Positions 47,975-61,160 of a stretch of DNA of 64,000 nucleotides are shown here, piece after piece. A program made the translations under genes and the position numbers. Origin of the DNA: Azolla caroliniana (lineage: Eukaryota; Plantae; Polypodiophyta). The stretch is from the NCBI GenBank assembly GCA_043228905.1, contig JBHGNT010000001.1, positions 18,104,001 through 18,168,000 of the forward strand, in the 5' to 3' direction. The notes beneath the pieces were generated by a model that saw only the letters and a list, made by a program, of their open reading frames with translations, was not told where the DNA came from and did not search any database. The first letter of the stretch is position 1, and the number at the start of each line of letters is the position of its first letter.

Positions 47975-49760
47975 TGTTGTGACATGGCTCGCCTAGAAGC
48001 GTAGCGTTGCACAGACAAAAGATAACGTGAAAGTGAAGAAGGAAACGCTGGGATTATGGATGGAAGAGACGAAAGAGTAGAGATGGAGTGAATAGAGATC
48101 AATAAGATAGGATTTTTAAGGAATATAAGATATGACAAGATAAGATATAAAATAATATTTGAGAAAATATATGGAATTTATAATCATTTTCATGAAAGAG
48201 TTACAAAATGGTTGCAAGCGTTGTTGAACCTTCAATTCTTGTCTGTACCAACTTCCTCTTTCTTAATAGTAGACCATAGTCTTCCCTTTAATCTCTCGAC
48301 AAGTATAAGACTCGAACCACCGCCCTTCCGTTGCAAGTTGAGGACCACAACCACCAAGCTAGTTCTTCTCTTCTCTTAAAAATACCTTTCTCTCCCTCTT
48401 TCTCTATTATAATATATCTTTCTCTAGATCCAATATAATCCTCTCAATCTTATTTCTTGGGTTCTTTTGTCTATACTTCCTTCTCCTTTTATAGGGAAGA
48501 GATGGTTCTACATGTGGGCCATGCGGCGCACATGCAGAGAGGCTCTTGCATGTGTGCTATAAAATTGCACATGTAGCACGTTTGATGGTTTAAACCATAT
48601 AATACTACTTCAAATGAAAACAAGACACATATTTATATACTTTGAACACCATAAGGTTAAGGTTGTTGGTTCAAGTCCTCTTTTGCCCATGTAATTTGTT
48701 ATATGGTGTGCATGTATTATATTACATGGTTTAGACTATAAAATACTACTTCAAATCATATATTATTTTGTAAATTATTAGTATAGGCTAAATGGTAACC
48801 TTTGAGTGTCATAAGGTAGGGTTTATTAGTTCAAGTTCTCTCTTGTCCATGTAATATAATAGATATACATATATTTTTGTCTCTACATATAATGTATAAT
48901 ATTATCATAGTATGTTATTAACATTATAAAGGTTTATTTTATTTTCATTACGTATTTATCTTGTTGTAGAATTTTAATGTGAAGCTTTCGTACTTCACGA
49001 CATCCACCCCCTCTAGACCTGCACATCCTTCGGCATGTGCCACTATCTCTCATCTTCATGTTGATCTATTGGAGGAGGTTCAAGCTTAAACCTTTTCTTA
49101 AATACTTTTATCCTCTTTCCAGCTACCACATTTAGGATTAGTGTCCCATCCAATTCACTAAGCTTATAAGTAAAGTTATCATATACTTTTCTTACTATGT
49201 AAGGCCCAAACCATCTTTCAACGAACTTGCGGACGGTGCTATGTTGATTATCTAAACTACTATCATACACAAGCACCCAATCCCCTTTTTCTATCTTCTT
49301 ATGTCGAATTCTGTGAGTTTTATCAAAACGAATTTTATTCTTCAATCGAGCCTCCTTCAATCGTTGGGCTGCTAATTCTACATCTTCAGGCCGACGCTCT
49401 AATTGTTGAATTCGCAAAGCCAACAATTCTTCTCTACTCAAATCTTCTCTCCATGGAATAGATGTCCATGACATAATTGATCCTTCTATTGGCATGATGG
49501 GCTTTTGGCCAAGTTTCAATTCAACTGGCATATATCCTGTTACCGAACTATGTGTTGTATGATCTGCCCATAGTGCATACGGTAGCATGCGTGGCCAATC
49601 TCTAATTTTACCTTTACAACTTTTCACGATCGCCTTAACTATTGGGCTATGTCCTCTTTCAATCTTTCCATTGGCTTCTGGATTATACGCAGTTCTAATC
49701 GATAATTTGACGCCTATCCGGTTGAAGAATTCTCTAGCTTCATCAGAGTCAAGTTCTACT
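47975..49760 (-). mobile_element. Truncated A-clade Gypsy F: 3' LTR 47975-49002, PPT, integrase C-half 49043-49760
   Basis: AYNPEANGKIERGHSPIVKA and WFGPY as in A. LTR TGTTGTG...TTCACGACA. Left flank ACGT. Confidence 0.88.
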
Positions 49761-51449
49761 ACGAAACACAAAATACCGATAGAGAAAAAACACATTTAAT
49801 GGAGAGCTTAAGACACAATGTACACGGGAAAGACCGAGAGGGAACACCAGACAGAAAAACTAAATTCGAATAATGTGTAAAACTGTGTACAAAGGATGTG
49901 CTCAGAGAGCACTTTTATACAAGTCCATACGAACTAACAGAAGCACTGACACGTACTTCAATGCTCATAACTGAGATCCAACACTAACTCCCAAATATAT
50001 TCCCTCACGGAATATCTATTCAACGGCCTCCCGGTTTCCGCACCGATCCGACCTCTTGTTGCGCACCGGTTTACGCAACGATCCGGCCTAACCAATCGGT
50101 CCAAACCGATCCGGTTCTCGGCTTGCATAGCCAATCCGGCCAATGTTGAGCTTGTATCTCAACAAACTTCATATACTATTATGTTCAATTACCCTTTACA
50201 TTCTTTACATGCCCCTTTTTAAAGGGATCATGGGTGGTTACGTTTAAAACGTGAACCGCTACTACTAATAATATTTCTTGCCATTTAAGTCTTTCCTCTT
50301 CACTCCTCATTCGGCCCTAGCCATCTTCCATTCGGCCTGTAACTGTTCCTTCACCTTTTCACACTTGGGTCGTCCGAACCGGGCAACACATGGCACGCGT
50401 GTGGGATTGTGCTTGGCACGTTCGAACCCTATATGTAAGCTGGACATCGTCAAATATATGCTAAATTTTTGCCTCGTTTAGAGCCGATTCGTTGGTGCTA
50501 AAGGTGGGGGCATCTGGTGAGGTTAGTATATATCCTATCGGCTCCATCGCTATTGTTGTTTCCCCGATTGTGTATTCATTGATCTCTTTGTGTTGTGTGT
50601 GCTCTTGAGGTATTGGTCAGGGTGGGTTAGTGTGATGGGCTTGTTGGGTGGTGGCATCGGAAATACTAACAGCCAACTGCTCATCAACCGTCTTTGTGCT
50701 ACTAGGAGCTATGGGGACTGCGTTGTCAGACTTGGGCGGAGAATGCCCTCTCGATTCCTTGCCGATCTGAAATGTCACACGTGCCAACATAGGCAGTTCG
50801 TGTGAGATGCTCCTTTAAGAGCATTGAAGTATAGACAAAACGACGTGATGAACAAAGTCGCGCAACCCGCAACCACCATATCTTCTGTCGCCCAGCTTGT
50901 CGCCTCAGCCAGATCATTTCCCATCGAGTATGGCTCGATTGTTGGCCACATGTTTGTTAGTTGTCCAACCTCTATTGTTGTGCCTAACAGATGAGCTGAG
51001 AACAGATCGGCGGCTGCTGAAATCAAGGAATCATCTGTGCCAAGTCCCGCTGAATCTTCTATTGCTTCATCCTTCATCGCCGCATATGCCAATCAGGAGC
51101 ACTTGCCACGTTGTCGCGAACAATTTGACTGGGGCTCCTGTGCAACTAACCTAGATATTCCACCCATTTCGGGCAACCCAATAGAGCTCAAGTTGTCGGA
51201 ATAAGATCGAACACGGATTGTGCAAGAGATTCATTGTTTGGAGAAGAAGACTATCATTGCGCATGTCTTGGGTCTTCGTCCTACATGCGTTGACCTCCGT
51301 TTGTTGCTTGAAGCCACATTGAAACAAGATCTTGACAACATTACAAATGTACAAATGCTTGGTAGAAATTACTACCAATTAGAGTTAGAGTCGGAACGTA
51401 TGCCACAAATTATGTTGGAGAAGAACGCGGTAGTAGTCAAGGGAGATTG

Positions 51450-54400
51450 TGTTACAGGCATGACCATATAATATCCCGTGGTGAGATTTACCGTAGTATT
51501 CTATACACGTGGATAAGTGTGAGGGTTAAACGAGAGTGTAAAGAAGGGGAGGATTACTTTTAATCCTCGGGATTGAGACAACCCATTGGGCCAAGTGTGA
51601 ACTTGCCTGGGGGCCTTGGGTATCGCTATAAATAAGAGGCCTAGCTACCCTCATTTCATTATCTTGTTGACTACGTCGAGACTCTGTCTTGTGGTGGGTC
51701 AACTCTTGTAGCGAGCGCGCTAGCACCAGGTACGACTCGACGCCACAGCGGTGGTATGGGACGCCGATCGAGGCTTGACTCCATCTCGATCCCTTCGCTC
51801 GGGGGTGGTCGGGTAGATCGGCACCCTTCTTTCTCTCTTTCCTTTATTTCTATCTACCTAGATCTATCCTTATCTAATGCTTACTTTAGTACATGTCTCT
51901 AATATTTGGTATCCGAGCCTATGTATTAATGTTTCTTTTGTTGGTCTTATCTTCTCAATGGATGACGATCGATCGTTGTGCGGTTGGCCTTCATGGAGAC
52001 AAGGATCAACAAGGAACTTTGGTAATCTTTCTTGTTATTTTTATTCTATTTTTTCTTCTCCCATCTAATCATGTGTATGGTTAATATGTCGATTATTTTC
52101 ATTAATTAAATGATGTTGTAGTGGTATTTAATTGGTTATCTAAAATGCTTACATATGTGCACGAGGTCAATACCTCGTTTGACATATAAATAATATGTGA
52201 TGAGTGTTGTATGCGTACGAGGTTAATACCTCAATTACGTATTACGTTCACGAACATATGTTACATTTGCGTATGAGGTCAACACCTCGATTTTGTTGTA
52301 AATGATATGCGTTTGGTCTCGTATGCGTAAGAGGTCAATACCTCAATTGCGTGTTACGTTGAACCCTTATTTTTGGATGTCTTGTGTGCGTAGAGGTATA
52401 TGCCTCGATTACGTATCTCGATTACGTCATTTTTGGCTATTAAATATAACGATTTCTTTAATATAGGCATATGTGGTCATGTATATACGTAGTTAATCGT
52501 ATATATGTGATAATATACATATGTGTATATAAGTTATTACGTGATTTTAAATCGAATGTTTCCCTTTTCGGGGAAAGGTTCTTGGTGGCCATCCTCACAT
52601 TTTTGTGAGAATCATGTTGTCACCATCCCTTTTTTCAACAATTTTTTTATTGTTGAAATCCTCGTTGGTGACTTCGATATTTCATTACGTAAAGAAACGC
52701 CAATAGCCATAATGATGTTGAGTACGTAGGGTTTGACCCACTTCATGTGAGGTCACTCTTATGACACGTATCCAACATCCCTCCCTCATTACATGGATAC
52801 GATGCCACCATGAGATCATTCTTACGAGAGGCATTCGTAATGACGTGACCATGTGATGGGCCACGTGGGCCTACTATGAAAAGAGGGCTCATTTGGCTTG
52901 ACCATTAGGTTGCACTTTGGCGTATGCCATCGTAATTACGAGACTTGAGGTTAGGTAACGTAACAACATAGTTGTTGTAAATGAGGGCGAAATAAGGACT
53001 CTTGACATATATGTTTCTTTTAAAAAAACATATATGGGTAAATGCCTCGCATATCTCTTATATGCATGAAACATTAAATATTCAAGAAGAGCAACCTACT
53101 TGGTTGGCTCAAGTGTTTAATACATTTTTTCTCGAGGTCTTGAGTTCAAATATGACCAAGACCATACAACTATAACACATGTTTAGACTTGAGGTCTAAG
53201 TGCACTTCGGGGTCCTCGTAATAGGACTTAAAGAGCCGAAACCACATATGTGGGCACAGAAACATAGTTTATTGTTAACATTTTTTTCGTGTATAAACTA
53301 TTCATGACGCGAACATACATGGTTGAGCCTCGGGGAGCCAACATGAAAAAATCGATATAGAGATCAAGGAAAGACATTTATTTGTCACCCCCATGGTTTT
53401 TAAAACACCTTTGTGTTACCATAGTAACCTGATCTTGAACCTCATCTCATACGTCTAGAGGGGTATTGACATGAGATCATGATATCGATTAATGTTTGCC
53501 CATGATATGTTTACATCACGACATGATGTTATGACTATCTCTCTGACCTTATCCTATTTCTTTTCCAGAAATAATCATTTAATGGCTCAAAATAACGACC
53601 CGATGTCATCCGCTCAAGCGGAAGGAACTCAAGGGAATCCTCTTGGACAAATGTCCATTGAGATGTATTTTTCGCAAATAACTCAATACCTTAGTTTCAC
53701 CGCTCAAAAGATGACCGAACTTCGGCAATCTCAAAGTGCTCTCGAGGCATGTGTCATTAGTCTACAACGTGAGACTAATAGACCTGATGAGCGACAGGGT
53801 GAACCATCGTTTGTCGTTAAACCATTTACGGGAGACAAAAAGGAAAGTACCAAAGAAGCAATCTGCACATGGCTAGGCTGATGGGAATCTCATTTTGAGC
53901 TCTATCCCACGCCAGATAGTACGAAGATTACATATTTTGGCCGAGAACTAGGGGGTAAGGCCGCCGCCTGGTGGCGTGGGCTCCGTACTTTGGGGAAATT
54001 GCCCGATACTTGGACAGATTTTGTCACAGTTTTCAAGGGCCAATTTCTACAACCTCCCTCTCGAACCGAGCCAGCACAAGCTTTAATGAACCTGTCTAGT
54101 CAGAAATTTTCCTCGCTAGAAGACTATGTCCACCATGCTAGAACCCAAATCCAAAAATCGGGTCTAGAAGGGAACAACTGGTTAATAGCTTGTTTTGTCA
54201 ATGGCATCCCCAATTCGGACTATCACTGGATAGTGCACGATAAGGATCCAAAATCCTTCGAAGAGGCCGTTGAAATAGTTCTTCGCTATCAATGCACTTC
54301 GAAGGACCACAATAAACCCAACGAGGCGCTCGGGACTAAGCAGTCGCAATTCATTGGGAAACGTAAGACACCCAACGAATTCATGGATCGCGATTGTAAG

Positions 54401-57400
54401 CGACAACATCCTTTTTGCGTATTCTGCAAAAAGAAGGGTCATACAAAAGATCAATGTCGAAAGCTCCAACGGAAAGAGCACGACAACAAAGCTAAAGCTG
54501 CAGACCATAAAGGTCAGATTCCTAATGTCCTTCAAGTCTATACACATCATTTAAGTAATTGTCAATGTTCTTTCCCTCACTATGTATTGGATCCCAATGA
54601 TTTACTACGTGGAAACGGGTATATCAATCGATCTCTCGTACAATTTTTATTTGATTCGGGAAGCTCACACAATTTTGTGAATGATTGTTTGGTTCAGATA
54701 TGGGGAATCCAACCCACCGTAAGTGATCACACCTACACGGTGCACTTGGCTGATGGAAGAGTACAATACATCAATGGGGCGATTCATTCATTAGGAATTT
54801 CTACTGACACTTATATAGAGGAAGTAGACTTCCATGTAATGAGTCTTTGTACCACCGATGTAATACTGGGTTATCCCTGGTTTTATAATAAAAACTCTTC
54901 TTTATCTATTGATTGGGTTCATCATTCAATTACATTTGTACTGAACGATTGTACTCATTTTATTCAATGTGTAAAAATACAATCCCTCTCGATTGTTTCC
55001 TCGTGTCCATCAATATCCGAGTTGTCTTGTTCTACTCTATTTTATTGTGTACTTGATCCGGACATTCACATTTACAATATCGATAATGTCTCGGTTCAAT
55101 TAACACATTTTGAACAACAATAACTTGATGAAATCTTAAATGATTTTCGTGATGTTTTTCCGAGTGAACTACCAGATGGTTTACCTCCTAAACATAATAT
55201 AGACCATCGTATAGATATTGTACTTGGCGTTGCACCAATAAGTATACCTCCTTATCGCTTCAGTCGATCCGAAGAGGATGAGGTAGCTAAGCAACTCAAG
55301 GACTATTTACGAATGGATTATATACGTTATAGTAAATCTCCATGGGGTGCACCAGTTCTCTTGGTTAAAAAGAAAGAGGGCACATGGCGTATGTGTATTA
55401 ATTACCGACGCTTGAATAAAGTGATGATCAAGAATTCGTATCCATTGCCCCAGGCTGATGATCTAATTGACCGTCTCCAGGGAGCTCGGTATTTTATGAA
55501 ACTTGATCTCTGTACTGGCTACCATCAAATACGTATAAGGGAGGACGACGTTCCTAAAATGGCATTTCATACGCGTTATGGCCATTATGAGTTTTTGGTT
55601 ATGCCTTTTGGTTTGACCAATGCTCCAGCTACATTTCAACAAGAAATGAATGACATTTTTCGAGAACAACTTGCAAAATTTCTCGTTATTTTCTTGGATG
55701 ATATTTTAGTTTATAGTCGTACATTACAAGAACATGCTAACCATGTCCACTTTGTTTTACAAACATTGTGTGACAAACAATTTTATGCGAAGATCTCAAA
55801 ATGTGAGTTCTTCAAGAAATCAATTACTTATCTTGGACATCTCATAACCAAACAAGGAGTTGAAATTGATCCTTCTCGCATCGAGAAAATCAAGCTTTGG
55901 CCCACTCTTCGGAACATTCGAGAAGTTCGATCATTCCTTGGTTTTGTCGGGTTTTTGCAAAAATCCCTTCGTAATTACTCCCAATTGACGACGCCGTTTA
56001 CTGATCTTCTAAAAGGTCAAACGCGTGAGTCTACAAAACCTATTGTCTGGAATGCTACACTAGACCTCGCCTTTAAGGAACTCAAGGATCTGGCTTGCAA
56101 GGCTCCTTCACTTCTTTTACCCGATCCTTCAAAACCTTTTGAGGTTGAAACCAATGCAAGTGATTATGCTATAGGTGTTTTCTTATATCAAGATGGTAAA
56201 CCAATAGCATTCGAGAGTAAGAAACTTGATTCTGCTCAATGTCGGTATACCGTTCAAGAAAAAGAATTATTTGCAGTTATACATGCGCTCAAAACATGGC
56301 GCCATTATCTTTATGGAAATCGCTTTGTGGTAACTACGGACCATGAGTCCTTGAAATATTTTTGTGACCAACAAGACTTGAAAGGTCGTAAGGCACGATG
56401 GGCTGATCTCATCCAAGATTTTGATTTTTCCATACGATATCGTAAAGGTTCCATGAACACTATCGTTGATGCACTAAGTCGCATCCGTGAAGTTAACATG
56501 CTTAGCTTCACTGAAATATCATCAGATCTTTATGATCACCTTCAAGGAAAGTATCCTGATGACAGTTATTTCGCAAAATACTGGGCAAGAGTTGAGTCTG
56601 GAATAGACACCACCACATCCTCGAAGGAATACTTCCACATTGCTAACGGTCTGCTCTACCGTAATGGGAAGGTTTGTGTTCCAGATTTACCCAAGGTCAA
56701 AAAGAGGATTCTTTTTTAATTCCATGATGCACCCTCAGCAGGGCACCCTGGAATACATCATACACTCGTTCTCATCTCCACTCAATTTTATTGGCCTAAG
56801 ATGCGTCCTGACATACATAGGTATGTGACTAAATGTCACCAATGTCAGTTTAACAAAGCTAAGCGACTTAAAGCCGCAGGACTTTTACATCCCTTGGACA
56901 TTCCCAACAATAAGTGGGAAAGTATATCCATGGATTTTATTGTTAGCCTTCCTCGCACCCAAAAAGGCCATGATGCCATCTGGGTTGTGGTTGACCGACT
57001 AACTAAAATGGCTAGATTTATTGCTACTAAAACCACGGTAACAGCTCCTGAATTGGCTTACCAATTCGTTGACAAGTTATTTCGTTTTTATGGGTTATCG
57101 ATGGATATCGTGAGTGATCGAGATCCAAAATTTGTAGTGACTTCTGAACGCAAGTCTTTAAGAAGTTAGAAACTACGTTGAGCATGAGCTCCACGGATCA
57201 TCCTCAATCCGATGGACAAACAGAACGAGTAAATCAAATTATTGAGGACATGCTTCGAGCATATGTTGGTGCAAAACCAACAAAATGGGAATGTTATCTC
57301 CCAATTTTGGAGTTTGCTAATAACAGCTCCAAGCATACGTCGACGGGATATAGTCCTTTTATGTTGATGTATGGTTTTCAGCCACGAGCCCCAATTGATG

Positions 57401-58453
57401 TTAATATACATCATGATGAGTTGCGAAGTACGCAAAACTTTCTCCAGGATATGCAAGATATGTTGCATATTGCACGAGATAATATAAAAACAGCTCAAGA
57501 TAGACCGCGTTTTTATGCCGATCATCATAGGCAACCTCGTGTATTCAACCCTGGATAGAAGGTATTTTTACGTGTACCTCACAATTCTAAGACATTGTCT
57601 ACGGGTAAGTGTGCTAAGTTAGCCCCACGGTTTTGTGGACCTTTTACAGTCCTCAAACGCATTGGGTCATCAACGTATCGTCTCGCTCTTCCTGATGGTG
57701 TTGGAATTCATCCAGTCTTTCATGTGAGTCGTCTAAAAGAACTTCTAGGTTCTGGCGACAATACAGTTACAATTGAAACTCTGGTTACTTCTGAAGATAT
57801 ATCTTCTAAACCACATGTACCAGAAAGAATTCTTGATGTTAAAACAAAAAAATTACGTACGAAAGAAATCCGAGAATTTAAAATAAAATGGATGGATAAA
57901 TCAATAAAAGATGCCACATGGGAACGCGAGAGTACTCTCAGAACTAACTTCCCTAACTTTCCATTGCAAGAGTGCAATGTTTTAAAGAGGGGGAGTATGT
58001 TACGAGCATGACCATATAATATCCCGTGGTGAGAATTTACCGTAGTATTCTATACACGTGGATAAGTGTGAGGTTTAAACGAGAGTGTAAAGAAGGGGAG
58101 GATTACTTTTAATCCTCGGGATTGAGACAACCCATTAGGCCAAGTGTGAACTTGCCCGGGGGGCTTGGGTATCGCTATAAATAAGAGGCCTAGCTACCCT
58201 CATTTCAATATCTTGTTGACTACGTCGAGACTCTGTCTTGTGGTGGGTCAACTCTTGTAACGAGCGCGCCAGCACTAGGTACGACTCGACGCCACGGCGG
58301 TGGTATGGGACGCCGATCGAGGCTCGAGTCCGTCTCGATCCCTTCGCTCGGGGGTGGTCGGGTGCATCGGCACCCTTCTTTCTCTCTCTCATTTCTTTTT
58401 ATCTACCTAGATCTATCCTTATCTAATGCTTACTTTAGTACATGTCTCTAATA
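51450..58453 (+). mobile_element. Full-length degenerate Ty3/Gypsy chromovirus M
   Basis: LTRs at 51450-51904 and 57998-58453. TSD GATTG/GGTTG. PBS TGGTATCCGAGC (iMet-like). PPT AAGAGGGGGGAG. Confidence 0.95.
53582..58011 (+). pseudogene. M gag-pol with chromodomain; several stops and frameshifts
   Basis: CVFCKKKGHTKDQC, LFDSGSSHNF, IFLDDIL, ISMDFI/VSDRD/QTER, RFCGPF, and PERILD...FKIKW...DATWE. Confidence 0.95.
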
Positions 58454-59529
58454 GGTTGGATCTCTTTTCACAAGTGGAGTCACAATTTCTCTGCAAATCA
58501 GGTGCATCATGATTTTGATTCATATCAAACATGTGTGGTTGTTTTTCCTAATTTACGAAAAGAACGGTTGCCTTCTATGCATGTGATTGGTAGCACTATT
58601 GGTACGGTTCTTGAAATTTAGGATAGACCACGTCAGATTGAAGATAAGTATCTAGGGGCTACATCTGCTAAGCTTTTGATTTCTAAGACTACAAGTTTGC
58701 CCTTAGACATTTTGTTGCTCAATCTACTTGACTCTCTATAGGCCCCTTATTCTCAAAAATTCTTGTATAGGGGTTTGCCAAACCAGTGTTTCCGTTGTTT
58801 TGGGTTTGCTCATTTGGCAAAATATTGCCCAAAATATAAGGAAGACATTAACAAACATACACCTAGCACAACTATAGTTCCATATCAGAATAGAGCTAAG
58901 GGTTGGACCACAGTGGAGCATAAGAAGACGCATCCACATGTATCTCTAAATAAACGTACAAAAATGCCAATCAACAATATGCAAGAATTCCCTCCCTTGC
59001 AGAATACATGTAATGGCCTCCGAATGGGAGAGGAAAGTTCACAAGTGCTGAATAATGGGGTCATTCATCATTCCACCCTCCTCAAAAAGTAAGTCAGATT
59101 CTTCGTCACGGAAGATAGTTCAAAATTCTATTCAGTTTGATACATCCTTTCCAAAGTTGGTGGTAGGACAACCACTAATAAAAACTGCTGAGAATCAACA
59201 AATTTTGGTCATGTCTACTAATTCGAATTTATCCAATAAGCTTAAAGGAAACATTGCCTCTAATATACAAGTGCATTCGGATAAGTCTAAAGGACAACCA
59301 GAGGATATGTAAATGAACCAAGAGCACATTCATCCTCAATTTCAATTTACAGTTACATAGGACCCTTTGACAATCCAAAACTCTAAAAAGTTGGTCAAGG
59401 AACATAGGATGCATATGTATGCAGGGAAGGATTTTCTCTTGAAAACACAAATGAGACCTCAGAAGGGTGCCAAGAAAGGATGCCAGGATGCTCTTCTTGA
59501 GAAAAGGACATCTCTAAACCCTATGTAAT

Positions 59530-61160
59530 ATGGATGCCCTACATTTTCTTTCCTGGAATGTGCAAGGTGTAGGTGGTCAAGCTTTTTGCAGATTTAAAGG
59601 ACTTGTACGTTCAGATTTAGGTACTTCTAATATTGGCACTATTGATATCCTCTTTTTGCAAGAGCATCACCTATGGAGGGATAGGATTCAAAAGTATGGC
59701 TCCATTTTACCAGGACGGTGGACTCATTTTTGGGTTACTGCCTTTGGTCCAAATGGCCATTAGGCCGGCTTATGTATACCTCTTAGACAACACTTGTAGT
59801 CTATTATCTTGCTAGCAGGTACTCTTATGAATAAACGGGCACAATTTCTTATCATAAAAATAGGGTCTCGAAAGGTTGGCCTAATGAATATCTATGATCC
59901 TAACTCCGCATCAACGAGGGCGGGCTTTTGGCTATCTGTTGTGGAATATGCGGGGTTAGCATATTGTTGGTTAGTGGGAGGTGATTTTAATATGATCAAA
60001 GAGGCTTCCGATAGAATAGGATGTACAACTACTACAATTTCAGGTTGGGAAGCTAAGTGTTGGGACTTCTTTTGTTTTGCTTTTGGTGTACTTGATTTCT
60101 AGAAGGTGCAGTCTTTCTCACGTATACAAGGGTCCCTACAGTTTTCTAGATCAAATGGGAGTGTGGCTAGTGCTACTTTGTCTCGGCTAGATAGATTTTA
60201 TGCCAGCAATTTCTTTTGGGATGGGGGCGAATCCCTTGGCATTATTCCGGGATCAACGATATCTGATTGTGACCCTTTGAAGTTAAATGTTACATTTTAT
60301 AAGAAGAGATTCTCTAAGCAATCGCGTATTCCTCCTTCCTTGCTATCTGTTGATAGCCATCAGATGTCAATCATTCAAATATGGTCAAAATACTACTTGA
60401 CGGATGATTGTTTGATTCTTCATAATATGGTTGATGCCATAATTGATACAAAGAATTTCTTCATGAATATAGTTTTAGCTTCGGTGTATCGCTGCAATTC
60501 AGAAATTGCCAATTTGCGTCGTGCTCTTGCAGCATTACAAAAACTGTTGGAAAGGTATCCAACTTCATCCATGCTACTTTCTGATTTTCAGCGGGTGAAA
60601 AGAAGTTTAAAAGAAAAGCAGCAGGCACGTTCAACGTTCCTCTTTTATCGCAATGTTGCTCGTTGGTCACAAAAGCAAGATCTAGTTAATAAGGAATTCT
60701 TCAATCAGTTCAAACGAAAATATAAACCTATCTCTATTACTTCCTTGAAACGGCCTGATGGATCATATACATCAGATGACTCCAAGATGTGAGGTATAGT
60801 CTCAGATTACTATAATTGTTGATGACTACAACTTTTACAACAGATAGTCTTTATAAGAAACAAGATATACTTGCAACTATTCAATAGAAGATCACAAATG
60901 AAATGGCATCTCATTTAATACAGCCGTTTACGTTTCAAGAGGTGTTATTTGCAACTAAATCCTTGGGTAAGGATGTCTATCCAAGAAAAGACGGAATAGG
61001 AGTTGGCTTCTACTTACATGATTGGGATTTTTTTGGCTTTATCCTTACTAGAGCGACTAATCTAATTTTTTCAATGGGAACTATGCCGATGGAATGGAAG
61101 GAAGGAAATTTGTATGATTCCTAAGTCGGATGCTCAATGTGATGAAGTTTCTAAGTGGGC
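59530..61160 (+). pseudogene. LINE ORF2 (APE endonuclease and start of RT)
   Basis: Motifs as listed for the LINE; many stops. Confidence 0.85.

Larger units (their letters stand above)
50740..61160 (+). mobile_element. Degenerate L1-clade LINE, split by M and cut by L
   Basis: ORF1 fragments at 51220-51449 and 58459-59092 with the knuckle CFRCFGFAHLAKYC. ORF2 endonuclease motifs SWNVQG, LQEHH, GGDFN, SRLDRFY, and RT N-terminus (GKDVYPRKDG, WKEG, IPK). 5' boundary approximate. Confidence 0.85.
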
